A stretch of DNA of 64,000 nucleotides from Dehalococcoidia bacterium (GTDB taxonomy: Bacteria; Chloroflexota; Dehalococcoidia; Lucifugimonadales; UBA2985): the NCBI GenBank assembly GCA_965247535.1, contig OZ252018.1, positions 782,674-846,673 on the forward strand, in the 5' to 3' direction. Each line of letters begins with the position of its first letter. The stretch's first letter is position 1. The notes beneath the pieces are model-generated. The model was not told where the DNA came from and searched no databases. It was given only the letters and a program-made list of their open reading frames with translations. Of the stretch, positions 53,180 to 62,947 are shown piece after piece. Made by a program: the position numbers and the translations under genes.

Positions 53180-56100
53180 ATGAACGGCTACAGTGCCCAG
53201 ACCAGCAACCCCAAGCACCCTTCACGCCTGCTGGTGGAGCGTCTATCGCCCTCCGCGCGAGAGGCCTTGCGGGATCTCGTGCGCTCCATCCAGGACGGCG
53301 ACCCAATGTCGCCGGTCACGGTTGTGGCCCCGACCCGCTACGCAAGCCTCAGCCTGCGCCATGACTTAGGCCTACAGGGCTTTGCCAACGTCAAATTCAT
53401 GGAGATGCCGAAGCTGGCCGAGCTACTGGGAGCCGCCTCACTGGCCGGCAGGCGTCCTCTCACAGGCGTGCTGCAGAGCATCCTTCTGCGCAAGGTACTC
53501 GAGCGGGCCGAGGGGCCGCTTGCGCCGGTCCGAGATCACACAAGCACCCAGAACAGCCTCCGGGCCTCGTTTGGCGACCTTCGCAATCTGGACGATGGGC
53601 CCCTGCGCAGGCTGGTAGCATCAGGAAGTATTTCGGCCGAGGTTGCGCGGCTGTACGGGCAGTTCAGGGCGGAGGCGAGCGAGGGCTGGTACGACGCCGA
53701 GGACTTGGCGGCGGCCGCAGCCGACGCGGTTCACCACGGTTCCGCGCCTGCCCTGGGAGACCTGGGTCAGATCGTCTTCTACCTGCCGCGCAGGGTCAGC
53801 CCGGCACAGTCCGACCTTATGGTGGCGCTAGCGGAACAGGGCCGCTGCTCCGTTATCCTGGGTCTCACCACAGACGAAGACGCTGACGGACCCGCGCGAG
53901 ACGTCGCTGCTGCGCTGGAACCCATCATGGGAGCGCGTGCCGGTCCCGGAGACGCCGCGGACGGTCTACCAGTCCTGCCGGGCGAAACTCACCTTCATGT
54001 CGCGCCGACCTCGCACGAGGAGCTGCGGTGGGTGGCCCGCCGAATCGTCGAGGAGGCCACGGCAAACGGGACGCCGTTCCACAGGATGGCGGTACTCTAC
54101 CGGGTGGAGAACCCCTACGCTACCCTGGTGAGGGATGAGCTTCGACTGGCCGGTCTGCCGCTCGCAGGCCCCAGCCGTGACACGCTTGCCGACACCGGCG
54201 TCGGACGCACTCTGACGGGCCTGCTCGAACTCTCTCGCGGCGATTTCACGCGGTCAGAGGTGATGGCGTGGCTCAACGACTGTCCCGTGCGGCCCCAGGG
54301 CCGGAGCCGCGCCGGATTCAATCCCAGTCGCTGGGACTCCCTCGCCAGACGCGCCGGGATCATCGGCGGGCGGGAGCAGTGGCGGGACCGCCTGGGCAGC
54401 TACGCGCAGAAGCTGGTCGAGGACGCCGACCTTCGGGAAACGGACGGTGAGATAAGCGAGGCACGCGCCTTCAGGATGAGGGAGGAGGCCCGCACCGCCG
54501 CAGAACTAGTGGACTTCGTCGAAAAGCTGGCGGACGACGTTCAGCCTCCGGCCGGGATCACCTGGAAGGACCATTCTGAATGGGCGGCCGGGCTCCTCGA
54601 CAAGTACCTCTCTCGGGATGTCCATCCGCAGGAGACGGGACTCCGCGATAGGATCGACCAGATTCTGAGGGAGATTGGCAGCGCCGACAGCGTCCGCCCG
54701 TCGACCACGCTCGACGAGTTTCGGAGGACTGTAGCCGACTCGATGCGGGCGGTAGTGGGACGTCTGGGAGCCACGGGGCAGGGAGTATTCGTGTCCCCGT
54801 TCGCGGCCGCGGCCGGCATGACCTTTGACGTAGTGTGGCTGGTGGGCATGATCGAGGGAGGCGCGCCGCCGGCCCTGTCGCCGGATCCGTTGCTGCCAGA
54901 GACCGTCTGGCGCGAGGCGGGCGGGCCTCCCCGCAGGGAGACGCGGATCGCGCAGGAGCGGTACGACTTTCTGTCGGCGGCGGCCTCCGCGCCACGCCGC
55001 TTCCTGTCCTACCCCATCGCCGACGCGGCATCGCAGAGGCTGGTCCACCCCTCAAGTTGGATGCTCGAGCAGGCAACGGTGCTGGAAGGGAGCCCGGTGC
55101 ACACCAGCGGACTGTCCCGGCTGTCCGACCGCCCCTGGCTCTCGGTGGACGTATCCGCTGAGCTAGCGCTCGCCGCGGCCTCGGATTCGTCCCTGGCCGA
55201 CGGCCACGACTACTACCTGAACCGGCTGGTGCTGTGGCGCGGCGCCGGGGAGCGGTTCGCGGATCACTCACTTGTACGCAGCGGTATGCTGGCGCGCGCC
55301 GACAGGCTTGGAAGAAGCCGGTTCGCGTACGGCCTGACCGAATTCGACGGCAACCTGACGTCCGTGGCGGCCAGCGCGATGTTCGCCGGGGCTATGGAAA
55401 GAACGGTGGTCTCTCCCACCAGCCTGGAGACCTGGGCAGGATGTCCGTATCGCTACTTCCTGGGCTACGTGCTGCGCCTGAGCGCGCTGGAGACCCCGGA
55501 GGAGACCGCGGTGATCAGTGCCCTGGAGCGCGGGAGTCTTGTCCACGGCATCCTGGAGCGGTTCATATCGGAGGCCGAGGAATCCGGTACCGCACCACGC
55601 CCAGGCGCGCCGTGGAGTGAGGAAGGCCATCGCAGGCTGATGGCGATTGCAGAGGAATCGTTTGCCGACGCCGAGGCCCGCGGCGCGACCGGCAAGCCGC
55701 TGCTATGGGAACTGGCCAGGCAGGACATCCGCGATGACCTTACGACGTTTCTCGAAGCTGAGGCCAGGCTGAGAGAGGACATCGGGACCGGGTACGTGCT
55801 GACCGAGGCGAGGTTCGGCCTGGGAGGGGACTCGCCGGAGGTGACGGACGAGGCCACAGGCCTGACGTTTCGAGGCATCATTGACCGGCTGGACGTGAAC
55901 GCCGCCGGCGACACCGCAGTGGTCATTGATTACAAGACCGGCAGCTCAGCGCCTTACAGGGGACTGGAAGAGGACCCTATCGACAGGGGAAAGCGGTTGC
56001 AGCTGGGCGTCTACTCTCTGGCCGCCCGCCGGATGGTGCCCAGCGCTGCTTTGGTAAGGGCAGCCTACTGGTTCACCACCAATCGCGGGGGGTTCGCGCT

Positions 56101-56377
56101 CCACCCCAAGCAGTTCCTCAACGTCGACGAGAGCGAGACCTCCGAGCGGTTCCGGTATGGGGTTACGACAATCGTCGAAGGCGTCCGAGCGGGAGTCTTC
56201 CCCGCCAACCCAGGCTCCCTTGGCCGCGAGAGTAAACCGGAAAACTGCCGCTACTGCGACTTCGATTCCCTCTGCCCGTCGAGGCGGGTGGACATGTGGC
56301 GGCGCAAGAAGGACGATTCTTTGCTGCACTCCTACGTGAGGCTGGCGGAGGATGGCTCCGGCGGAGGAGGGGAATAG
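53180..56377 (+). CDS. AddB/RexB-like inactive helicase + PD-(D/E)XK nuclease with Fe-S staple
   Basis: SPTSLETWAGCPY, RGSLVH, RGIIDRLD, IDYKTG, QLGVY, CRYCDFDSLC. Confidence 0.85.
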   Translation: MNGYSAQTSNPKHPSRLLVERLSPSAREALRDLVRSIQDGDPMSPVTVVAPTRYASLSLRHDLGLQGFANVKFMEMPKLAELLGAASLAGRRPLTGVLQSILLRKVLERAEGPLAPVRDHTSTQNSLRASFGDLRNLDDGPLRRLVASGSISAEVARLYGQFRAEASEGWYDAEDLAAAAADAVHHGSAPALGDLGQIVFYLPRRVSPAQSDLMVALAEQGRCSVILGLTTDEDADGPARDVAAALEPIMGARAGPGDAADGLPVLPGETHLHVAPTSHEELRWVARRIVEEATANGTPFHRMAVLYRVENPYATLVRDELRLAGLPLAGPSRDTLADTGVGRTLTGLLELSRGDFTRSEVMAWLNDCPVRPQGRSRAGFNPSRWDSLARRAGIIGGREQWRDRLGSYAQKLVEDADLRETDGEISEARAFRMREEARTAAELVDFVEKLADDVQPPAGITWKDHSEWAAGLLDKYLSRDVHPQETGLRDRIDQILREIGSADSVRPSTTLDEFRRTVADSMRAVVGRLGATGQGVFVSPFAAAAGMTFDVVWLVGMIEGGAPPALSPDPLLPETVWREAGGPPRRETRIAQERYDFLSAAASAPRRFLSYPIADAASQRLVHPSSWMLEQATVLEGSPVHTSGLSRLSDRPWLSVDVSAELALAAASDSSLADGHDYYLNRLVLWRGAGERFADHSLVRSGMLARADRLGRSRFAYGLTEFDGNLTSVAASAMFAGAMERTVVSPTSLETWAGCPYRYFLGYVLRLSALETPEETAVISALERGSLVHGILERFISEAEESGTAPRPGAPWSEEGHRRLMAIAEESFADAEARGATGKPLLWELARQDIRDDLTTFLEAEARLREDIGTGYVLTEARFGLGGDSPEVTDEATGLTFRGIIDRLDVNAAGDTAVVIDYKTGSSAPYRGLEEDPIDRGKRLQLGVYSLAARRMVPSAALVRAAYWFTTNRGGFALHPKQFLNVDESETSERFRYGVTTIVEGVRAGVFPANPGSLGRESKPENCRYCDFDSLCPSRRVDMWRRKKDDSLLHSYVRLAEDGSGGGGE

Positions 56378-56378
56378 C

Positions 56379-59300
56379 ATGGCCAGGGAATCAACCGCGG
56401 CATCAGACCGGAACGCCCGGTTCAGGCCGAGCGACAAGGCCGCGCGGCACACCATAGAGCACGAACTCCAAGAGACCCTGTTTGTGGAGGCCAGCGCCGG
56501 GACCGGGAAGACCCACAGCCTGGTTGCCCGAATGGTGAACCTGGTAGCGGAAGGCGCGACCACCCTGGACCGCGTCGCAGCCATCACCTTCACGGAGGCG
56601 GCCGCCGCCGAGCTCCGGTACCGCATCCGCGAAGGGCTGGAGGGGGAGGTGGAGACGCCGCAGGACGAAGGTCGGCGGGAGCGCTGCAGGCAGGGCATCG
56701 CGGACCTCGACCAGGCCACGATTCGCACACTGCACTCCTTCGCCGGCATGCTGCTCCACGAGCGGCCTCTTGAAGCAGGCCTGCCACCGGGCTTCGAGAT
56801 CACAGACGAGATCGCGGCCGGCCTGAGGTTCGATGACGCCTGGGAGGAGTGGCTGGACGGTGTCCTGGAGATCGACTCTGCCCTGGCGCCTCATCTGTCC
56901 ATCGCGCTTACCCTCGGCTTGTCACTGCAGCACCTCGAGAGGGTGGCGAGGGCGTTCCATCAGAACTACGACTACCTCAGGGATGCAGACTTCGAAGCGG
57001 GCATACCGCCGCGGGGGGATGCCGCCCGCGCCGTGCTGGATCAGTGGCCGCGTGTGGAGAGGCTCTGCGGGTTCTCACGGCTAGGGAGTGAGGATGCGCT
57101 AGTCAACCAAGTCCAGGGCAAGCGGGGAGCGCTGAACAGGCTGTCGGAAGCCGAGGCGGGTTCGGTCACCTCCTACCGGCTGCTGTCCAAGCTCCTGCCG
57201 ATTAAGCAGAGCAGGGGCAGGCAGTCGGACTGGGAAACGGACCCCGAGTCCCGCATGAACGCCTGCGCAGCGCTGAAGGAACTGCTGGGGGAACTCGACG
57301 ACACCGTCGCCGCGGAGCTGGCGGGCGCGCTGCGGCACGCCTTCGCTCACATCCTTCGCGGCCTGCGAGACTTTGCGCTCGAGTACGCCGAACGGCGGCG
57401 TGCTGATGGCAGGGCCGACTTCCACGATCTGCTGGTCTGGGCAAGGGATCTGCTGCGCGACCGCGTGGACGTGCGAGACCACTTCCGCAGCCGGTTCACC
57501 CACCTCATGATCGACGAGTCCCAGGACACCGACCCCATCCAGGCGGAGATTGCTATGTTCCTGGCCGAGGACCTTCCCGAAAGCGCAGGGGACAGCGGGC
57601 GACCCACGTCATGGGAGGGGATCAGCCCGGAAAGGGGCAAGCTGTTCGTCGTGGGAGACCCCAAGCAGTCGATCTACCGCTTCCGGCGCGCCGACGTTGA
57701 GCAGATGCGGCTGATGCAGGAGCGAATGGCGCAGGCCGGGGGACGGACCGTGAGGCTTGTCCAGAACTTTCGCTCCCAGCGGCCCGTTACAGACTGGGTT
57801 AACCACCTGTTCGCGCGCTGGATGGGTGAGGCTGACCCAGGCGAGGGCGAGCGGTATGTGCAGGCCGACTACGAGGAGATGTCTCCCCGGTGGCAGGCCG
57901 CCACGGACAGCACTTTGGGGCCCCGGGTCTGGGCGCTGGGAGACGAGGCCATCGACGCTCAGGTCAATGAGGTCAGGCAGCAGGAAGCGGGGGAGATCGC
58001 CGAGCTCCTGAGGCAGGTTGTCGATCAGGGCTGGCTGGTGCTTGACCGTGACGCCACCGACGAAGCCGGCCGGGAGACCTACCGCGCCGCCGCGTACTCA
58101 GACGTCTGCATCCTCATGCCGGCGCGCACGGGCTTGCCAGCGCTGGAGAGGGCGCTGGAGGCTGCGGACGTTCCCTACCGCCTGGAGAGCGCGTCGCTGG
58201 TGTTCGAGACTCAGGAGATTCGGGACCTGCTGAACTGCCTCAAGGCCATCGATGATCCGGCGGACCAGGTGGCTACCGTTGCCGCCCTCCGCTCCGTGGC
58301 CTTCGGTTGCTCCGACGTCGACCTGTTCCTGCACGTCAGAGACGGCGGCAGGTTCGATTCCTTCTCGGCACCGCTTGATGGCGCTGCCGGCCCGGTGGGA
58401 GAGGCGTTGTCTGTCCTGCGAGGCTTCCACGAGGAGCGTGTCTGGCAGTCGACCGCCTACCTCATAGACCGGTTTGTCCGTGAGCGGCGGCTGATGGAAG
58501 CCGCCTCCGGCCACCCCAGGATGAGGGAGCAGTGGCGCAGGTACCGCTTCATGGTGGAGCGGGCCTGGCAGTTCGCCGCGGCCGGGGGAAGTTCCCTAAG
58601 GGCCTTCATCCAGTGGGTGGAGTCACAGATGGAGGAGGGAGCGCGGGTCACCGAGTCGCCCGTGCCTGAGTCTGACGAGGAATCGGTGCGGGTGATGACC
58701 GCCCATGCCGCGAAGGGGCTGGAGTTCCCGGTGGTGGTGTTGACCGGCATCAACTCCGACCGCGCCACTAGGGTGGGCGAAGTCCTCGTCGATCGCGGCA
58801 GCGGCAGGGTGGAAGTGGGTATCGGACCGCAGCAGTACCGCATCACCACGGCGGGTTACGAGGAGCTGAGAGCCAGGGAAGCGCTGATGTCCCAGGCGGA
58901 GGACGTGCGCCTGATGTACGTGGCCGCCACGCGGGCTCGCGATCACCTGGTGCTCAGTCTCCGCCGGTCCGCGAACAGGCGGGGCGAAAGCTCGCTGGCC
59001 GCGGCGATGTCCCGCCACCTCGGGGAATCACCGCAGCTCTGGCAGCCCGTCGAGCTGCAGGCGGCGGCGCTCTCGGAGGTCACAGAACGGCGGCCTGCGA
59101 GTCCCTATCCTTCGCTTGTGGCCACAGAGCACACCGTCGAGGCCTGGGAGCGCTGGCAGCATGAACGCGAGGAGCTGATCAGATCCCTCGGCCGTCCATC
59201 GTACGCCGCGGCCACTGGACTGCGGAAGGACGGAGAAGAGGACAAGCCGGAGCAGGAGCACGTCGAGCCGTGGCGAAGGGGAAGGGCGGGCACGTCTGTT

Positions 59301-59813
59301 GGCAGGGCCGTTCACGCCGTGCTGCAGTCCATAGATCTGTCCACCGGAGACGGTCTGGAGGAGCGGGCTCGAGCGCAGGCTGCCGCGGAGGGCATCGATG
59401 GGAGGGAGGCCGAGGTGGCGCGCCTGTCGCAGGTTGCCGTGGACAGCGCCATCGTCAAGCGGGCGGTGGCTTCGGGTCGCTTCTGGCGGGAGGTCCCTGT
59501 GGCCGCGCCCATAGGGAGCGGCTCGCTGCAGGGGTTTATCGACCTGCTTTTCGAGGAGCCTGACGGCATGGTGGTGGTCGACTACAAGACGGACGCCGTG
59601 ACCGCAGACGAAGCGCCGGATGCGGTAGAGCGATACCGCCTGCAGGGTGGGGCATACGCGTATGCCGTGAAGGCTGTCAGCGGCAGGCCGGTGAAGGAGG
59701 TCATCTTTCTCTACCTGCAGCCCAAGCGGGAAGAGAAGCTGGAGGACCTGGACGCGGCGATGAAACAGGCCGTGAGCGCCGCCGAGAAGGTGCTGGCCGG
59801 AGAGGCTGATTGA
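56379..59813 (+). CDS. addA: AddA-like UvrD helicase/nuclease
   Basis: EASAGTGKT, AITFT, DESQDT, VGDPKQSIYRFR, QNFRS, TAHAAKGLEF, YVAATRA, GFIDLL...DYKT. Confidence 0.88.
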   Translation: MARESTAASDRNARFRPSDKAARHTIEHELQETLFVEASAGTGKTHSLVARMVNLVAEGATTLDRVAAITFTEAAAAELRYRIREGLEGEVETPQDEGRRERCRQGIADLDQATIRTLHSFAGMLLHERPLEAGLPPGFEITDEIAAGLRFDDAWEEWLDGVLEIDSALAPHLSIALTLGLSLQHLERVARAFHQNYDYLRDADFEAGIPPRGDAARAVLDQWPRVERLCGFSRLGSEDALVNQVQGKRGALNRLSEAEAGSVTSYRLLSKLLPIKQSRGRQSDWETDPESRMNACAALKELLGELDDTVAAELAGALRHAFAHILRGLRDFALEYAERRRADGRADFHDLLVWARDLLRDRVDVRDHFRSRFTHLMIDESQDTDPIQAEIAMFLAEDLPESAGDSGRPTSWEGISPERGKLFVVGDPKQSIYRFRRADVEQMRLMQERMAQAGGRTVRLVQNFRSQRPVTDWVNHLFARWMGEADPGEGERYVQADYEEMSPRWQAATDSTLGPRVWALGDEAIDAQVNEVRQQEAGEIAELLRQVVDQGWLVLDRDATDEAGRETYRAAAYSDVCILMPARTGLPALERALEAADVPYRLESASLVFETQEIRDLLNCLKAIDDPADQVATVAALRSVAFGCSDVDLFLHVRDGGRFDSFSAPLDGAAGPVGEALSVLRGFHEERVWQSTAYLIDRFVRERRLMEAASGHPRMREQWRRYRFMVERAWQFAAAGGSSLRAFIQWVESQMEEGARVTESPVPESDEESVRVMTAHAAKGLEFPVVVLTGINSDRATRVGEVLVDRGSGRVEVGIGPQQYRITTAGYEELRAREALMSQAEDVRLMYVAATRARDHLVLSLRRSANRRGESSLAAAMSRHLGESPQLWQPVELQAAALSEVTERRPASPYPSLVATEHTVEAWERWQHEREELIRSLGRPSYAAATGLRKDGEEDKPEQEHVEPWRRGRAGTSVGRAVHAVLQSIDLSTGDGLEERARAQAAAEGIDGREAEVARLSQVAVDSAIVKRAVASGRFWREVPVAAPIGSGSLQGFIDLLFEEPDGMVVVDYKTDAVTADEAPDAVERYRLQGGAYAYAVKAVSGRPVKEVIFLYLQPKREEKLEDLDAAMKQAVSAAEKVLAGEAD

Positions 59814-59829
59814 GCACGGCGGCCGGCCG

Positions 59830-59963
59830 CGGATGCCGGCGTTACCCGGGAGCTGGCGGAGCGGGACAAGAAGTACGCAGACTTGTCCTACGCGTATGAG
59901 CAGATGGCAATGGCCCAGGAGAACGGCGAGCTTGGCTGGGCATTCTACCTGTGCGAGAAGTAG
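59830..59963 (+). pseudogene. C-terminal remnant resembling glycine/sarcosine N-methyltransferases
   Basis: Frame reads ...YADLSYAYEQMAMAQENGELGWAFYLCEK*; no start or RBS. Confidence 0.35.
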
Positions 59964-59990
59964 ACGATACCCAATCTCAAGGAGACCGAT

Positions 59991-60620
59991 ATGTTGAGCC
60001 AGAACAGGGTGCAGTGGGTATACTCCTCCAGAGACAACCAGGAGCTGGAGGAGCGGTACGACCAGTGGTCGAAGGACTACGACCGCGATCTCTCCACGGA
60101 GTTTGAGTATCGATCTCCGCGAAGGGCCGCGGAGATCCTGGTCGCGCACGTGCCCAGGGACGCCCGGATACTGGACGCCGGCGCCGGTACCGGGCTGGTG
60201 GGTGAGATCCTGGCAAGCATGGGGTACCGGCGTATGGTGGCGATGGACCTTTCGCAGGGCATGCTGGAGGAGGCGCGGAAGAAGGGGGTCTACGAGGACT
60301 TCCACCAGATGGTGATGGGTGAGACCCTGGACTACGAGACCGGCTCCTTTGACGCAGTGATCACGGTGGGAGTGCTGACGGTGGGCCACGCGCCCGCCAG
60401 CTCGCTGGACGAGCTGGTGCGCGTCACCAGGCCCAACGGCCTCATCGTCTTCTCGCTGCGGCCGGACGTGTACGAGAACAGCGGCTTTCGCGAGAGGCAG
60501 GATGCGCTGGAGTCGCAGGGGAAGTGGCAGCTGGTGGAGCGAACCGAGGAGTTCCAGCCGATGCCCAAGGGCGAGCCGGAGGTATTGCACCGGGTCTGGG
60601 TGTACCGCGTCGCAGGCTGA
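59991..60620 (+). CDS. Class I SAM-dependent methyltransferase
   Basis: YDQWSKDYD, ILDAGAGTGLVG, DLSQGML, VGHAP; AAGGAG RBS. Confidence 0.9.
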   Translation: MLSQNRVQWVYSSRDNQELEERYDQWSKDYDRDLSTEFEYRSPRRAAEILVAHVPRDARILDAGAGTGLVGEILASMGYRRMVAMDLSQGMLEEARKKGVYEDFHQMVMGETLDYETGSFDAVITVGVLTVGHAPASSLDELVRVTRPNGLIVFSLRPDVYENSGFRERQDALESQGKWQLVERTEEFQPMPKGEPEVLHRVWVYRVAG

Positions 60621-60678
60621 CCGGAGGCTGCCGCCGGTCGTGGAATACTCGCAGGGCGGCTCCCGGCGGTTCCTGGCG

Positions 60679-61995
60679 CTAGGCGCGCGGCCTCTTGCCG
60701 CTTGCAAGCCGCAGGATGGCGTAGCCGGCGGCGCCCGCGAGCAGGGACGCGCCGAAGACGCCTATCTTGGCCTGGTCCACCAGGCCGGCGTCGTCAAACG
60801 CGATCGCTGAGACGAACAGCGAGACCGTGAACCCCATTCCGCAGAGAGCTGCCACGCCCAGGACGTGTCGCCAGTTGACGGCCGATGGCAGGGTTGCGAG
60901 CTTCAACCGGATGGCCAGCCACGTGAACCCCACGATGCCAACCACCTTGCCTGCCAGCAGCCCGGCCGCAATGCCCAGCGTAACGCTGCTGGACGCCGCC
61001 GCGGAGACCGTTTCGGACGTGAAGATGATGCCGGCGTTCGCAAGCGCGAAGACGGGCAGTACCAGGAAGCTCACCCACGGGTGAATGGTCGATTCCAGCC
61101 TCTCCATGGGGCCTTCGGTGCCGCGGCTGAGCCTCTCGATCTCCTCTGCAATCGCTTGGGCTTCGTCGTTTCTGCCCTCCGCGGTGGCCTTCCTGAACTC
61201 GCGGATGAGGCTCTCGACGCTATCGGCGTACTGCCGTCGCTCCACGCCCGGCCCGGCCGGCACCAGGGTCGCCGCTAGGACTCCGGCCAGCGTGGCGTGC
61301 ACTCCCGACTTCAGGAAGAACTGCCACATCACGAAGAAGAGCACGGTGTAGAGGACCGGGGAGCGGTGCCCCAATCGGACGCACACGGCCATCGCGGCGA
61401 AGGTGGCGATGGCGAGCCAGAGGTCCAGCCAGCTGATGGCGTCCACGTAGAAGATGGCGATGACGGCGATGGCCCCCAGGTCGTCGAAGACGGCCAGGCC
61501 CAGGAGGAACACTCGCAGCTCCGGCGGCAGCCGGCTGCCCACCAGGGCCAGCACGCCCAGTGCGAATGCGATGTCGGTGGCCATCGGGATGCCCCATCCA
61601 GCCGCCTCGTCGCCGGTAGGATTGAACAAGAGGTAGATCAGCGCAGGTATCGCCATGCCGCCGATCGCCGCCACGACGGGCAGGGCTGCCTTCCTGAACG
61701 TGGAGAGCTCGCCGTGCACCAGCTCTCTCTTGATCTCCAGCCCGACGACGAAGAAGAAGAGGGCCATCAGGCCGTCGTTGACCAGGTGCTCCAGGTCTTC
61801 CGTCAGGGCGAAGACGTGGATGTCGATGGAGAGCTTGGTGTGCCAGAGGTCTGCGTACTGGTCGGACCAGGGGGAGTTCGCCAGGCCAAGTGCGGCTGCG
61901 GCGGCCAGCAGCAGCACGACTGCGCCGGTCTCCTCGGTGTGGATGAACTTCTGTAGTGGGACTCGGAGCGCTCTGACGATGTTGGGAGTTGACAT
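60679..61995 (-). CDS. nhaA: Na+/H+ antiporter NhaA
   Basis: NDGLMALFF..VGLEIKRE, GWGIPMATDIAF, AVFDDLGAI, SGVHATLAG, GMGFTVSLF. Confidence 0.95.
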   Translation of the reverse strand: MSTPNIVRALRVPLQKFIHTEETGAVVLLLAAAAALGLANSPWSDQYADLWHTKLSIDIHVFALTEDLEHLVNDGLMALFFFVVGLEIKRELVHGELSTFRKAALPVVAAIGGMAIPALIYLLFNPTGDEAAGWGIPMATDIAFALGVLALVGSRLPPELRVFLLGLAVFDDLGAIAVIAIFYVDAISWLDLWLAIATFAAMAVCVRLGHRSPVLYTVLFFVMWQFFLKSGVHATLAGVLAATLVPAGPGVERRQYADSVESLIREFRKATAEGRNDEAQAIAEEIERLSRGTEGPMERLESTIHPWVSFLVLPVFALANAGIIFTSETVSAAASSSVTLGIAAGLLAGKVVGIVGFTWLAIRLKLATLPSAVNWRHVLGVAALCGMGFTVSLFVSAIAFDDAGLVDQAKIGVFGASLLAGAAGYAILRLASGKRPRA

Positions 61996-62135
61996 GTGTC
62001 CAGGCGTCTGCGGCTATGGATTGATCCCGCTGCCCTGGTCCAGGCGCGGGAGGCCGGCGTTGAGGGACGGAGCTGTGGCCATTGGACAATACTATCAGGC
62101 ATGGGTGCGAGCGTCCAACGCGGGGGCGCCTCGTT

Positions 62136-62652
62136 CCGTCACCCTCGCGAAGGCGGGGGTCTAGCCGACGGGTGGGAGGGGATGGATTCCCGCTCCCCGC
62201 CTTCGCGGGGACAAGCTCCGCGGGAATGACGGAGGGGGCGGGCGCTACCCACCGTCATTCCGACCGCAGCGGAGGAATCTAAGGCAATCGTAGGCTGACG
62301 GCGTGCCGAATGGGAAGACACTCGTGTTCCCATGGGACGAAAGTCACTCACCGGCGTAGGTCCTGGATTTCTCGACTGCGCTTCGCTGCGCTCGAAATGA
62401 CAGGAGGGGGCGCTGCGCTGCGCTCGAAATGACAGGAGGGGGCGGGCGCTGCCCACCGTCATTCCGACCGCAGCGGAGGAATCTAAGGCAATCGTAGGCT
62501 GACGGCGTGCCGAATGGGAAGACACTCGTGTTCCCATGGGACGAAAGTCACTCACCGGCGTAGGTCCTAGATTTCTCGACTGCGCTGCGCTGCGCTCGAA
62601 ATGACAGGAGGGGGCGCTGCGCTGCGCTCCGCTCGAAATGACAGGAGGGGGT
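62136..62652. repeat. Cluster of CGTC/TGTC-tagged REP-like palindromes including a 204-bp tandem duplication
   Basis: cgtcaccctcgcgaaggcggggg...gcgggaatgacg; gtcattccgaccgcagcggaggaatct at 62254 and 62458; gatttctcgactgcgc...gctcgaaatgac on the opposite arm. Confidence 0.85.
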
Positions 62653-62852
62653 GGAAATTAGGGATACGCGGGCGCGCACGCGGGCGAGGGCTGCCATCCG
62701 GTCTGCGGGCGGGCACGTCCCGCCCTGTCGCTGAGGGCCATGCCGGAGGCGAGCAGGCCGCGGTTGCGGGTGACTGCGTGGCGTGGTGAGCGCGGCGGCA
62801 GCTTCGCCAAGTGTCCTTGGGGCAAGCGCTGTAATAAATGCCGAATGGGGTA

Positions 62853-62881
62853 TTGACATAGAGGAATTGGATTGGTAGAGT
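62853..62881 (+). promoter_or_regulatory. Sigma70-type promoter of the cadherin gene
   Basis: TTGACA-17 nt-TAGAGT. Confidence 0.65.
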
Positions 62882-62947
62882 CCCTCCTAGTGTGGAATAT
62901 ACGTGCAGGCAGGCGCGTCACAGAATACTGTCCAAGCGAGGCATCAA

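Noticed and set aside
53180-59813. Cas4 or novel helicase-nuclease defence system
   Set aside because: Size, order and motifs fit the ordinary AddAB/AdnAB-type repair pair
62290-62365. Hammerhead-ribozyme-like string CTGACGG...stem...CGAAA-GTC in the duplicated core
   Set aside because: The core needs CUGANGA (here CUGACGG), stem II is out of register, and I could not form stems I and III
62230-62652. CRISPR array
   Set aside because: The intervening sequences are identical rather than unique spacers, there are only two units, and no cas genes are present
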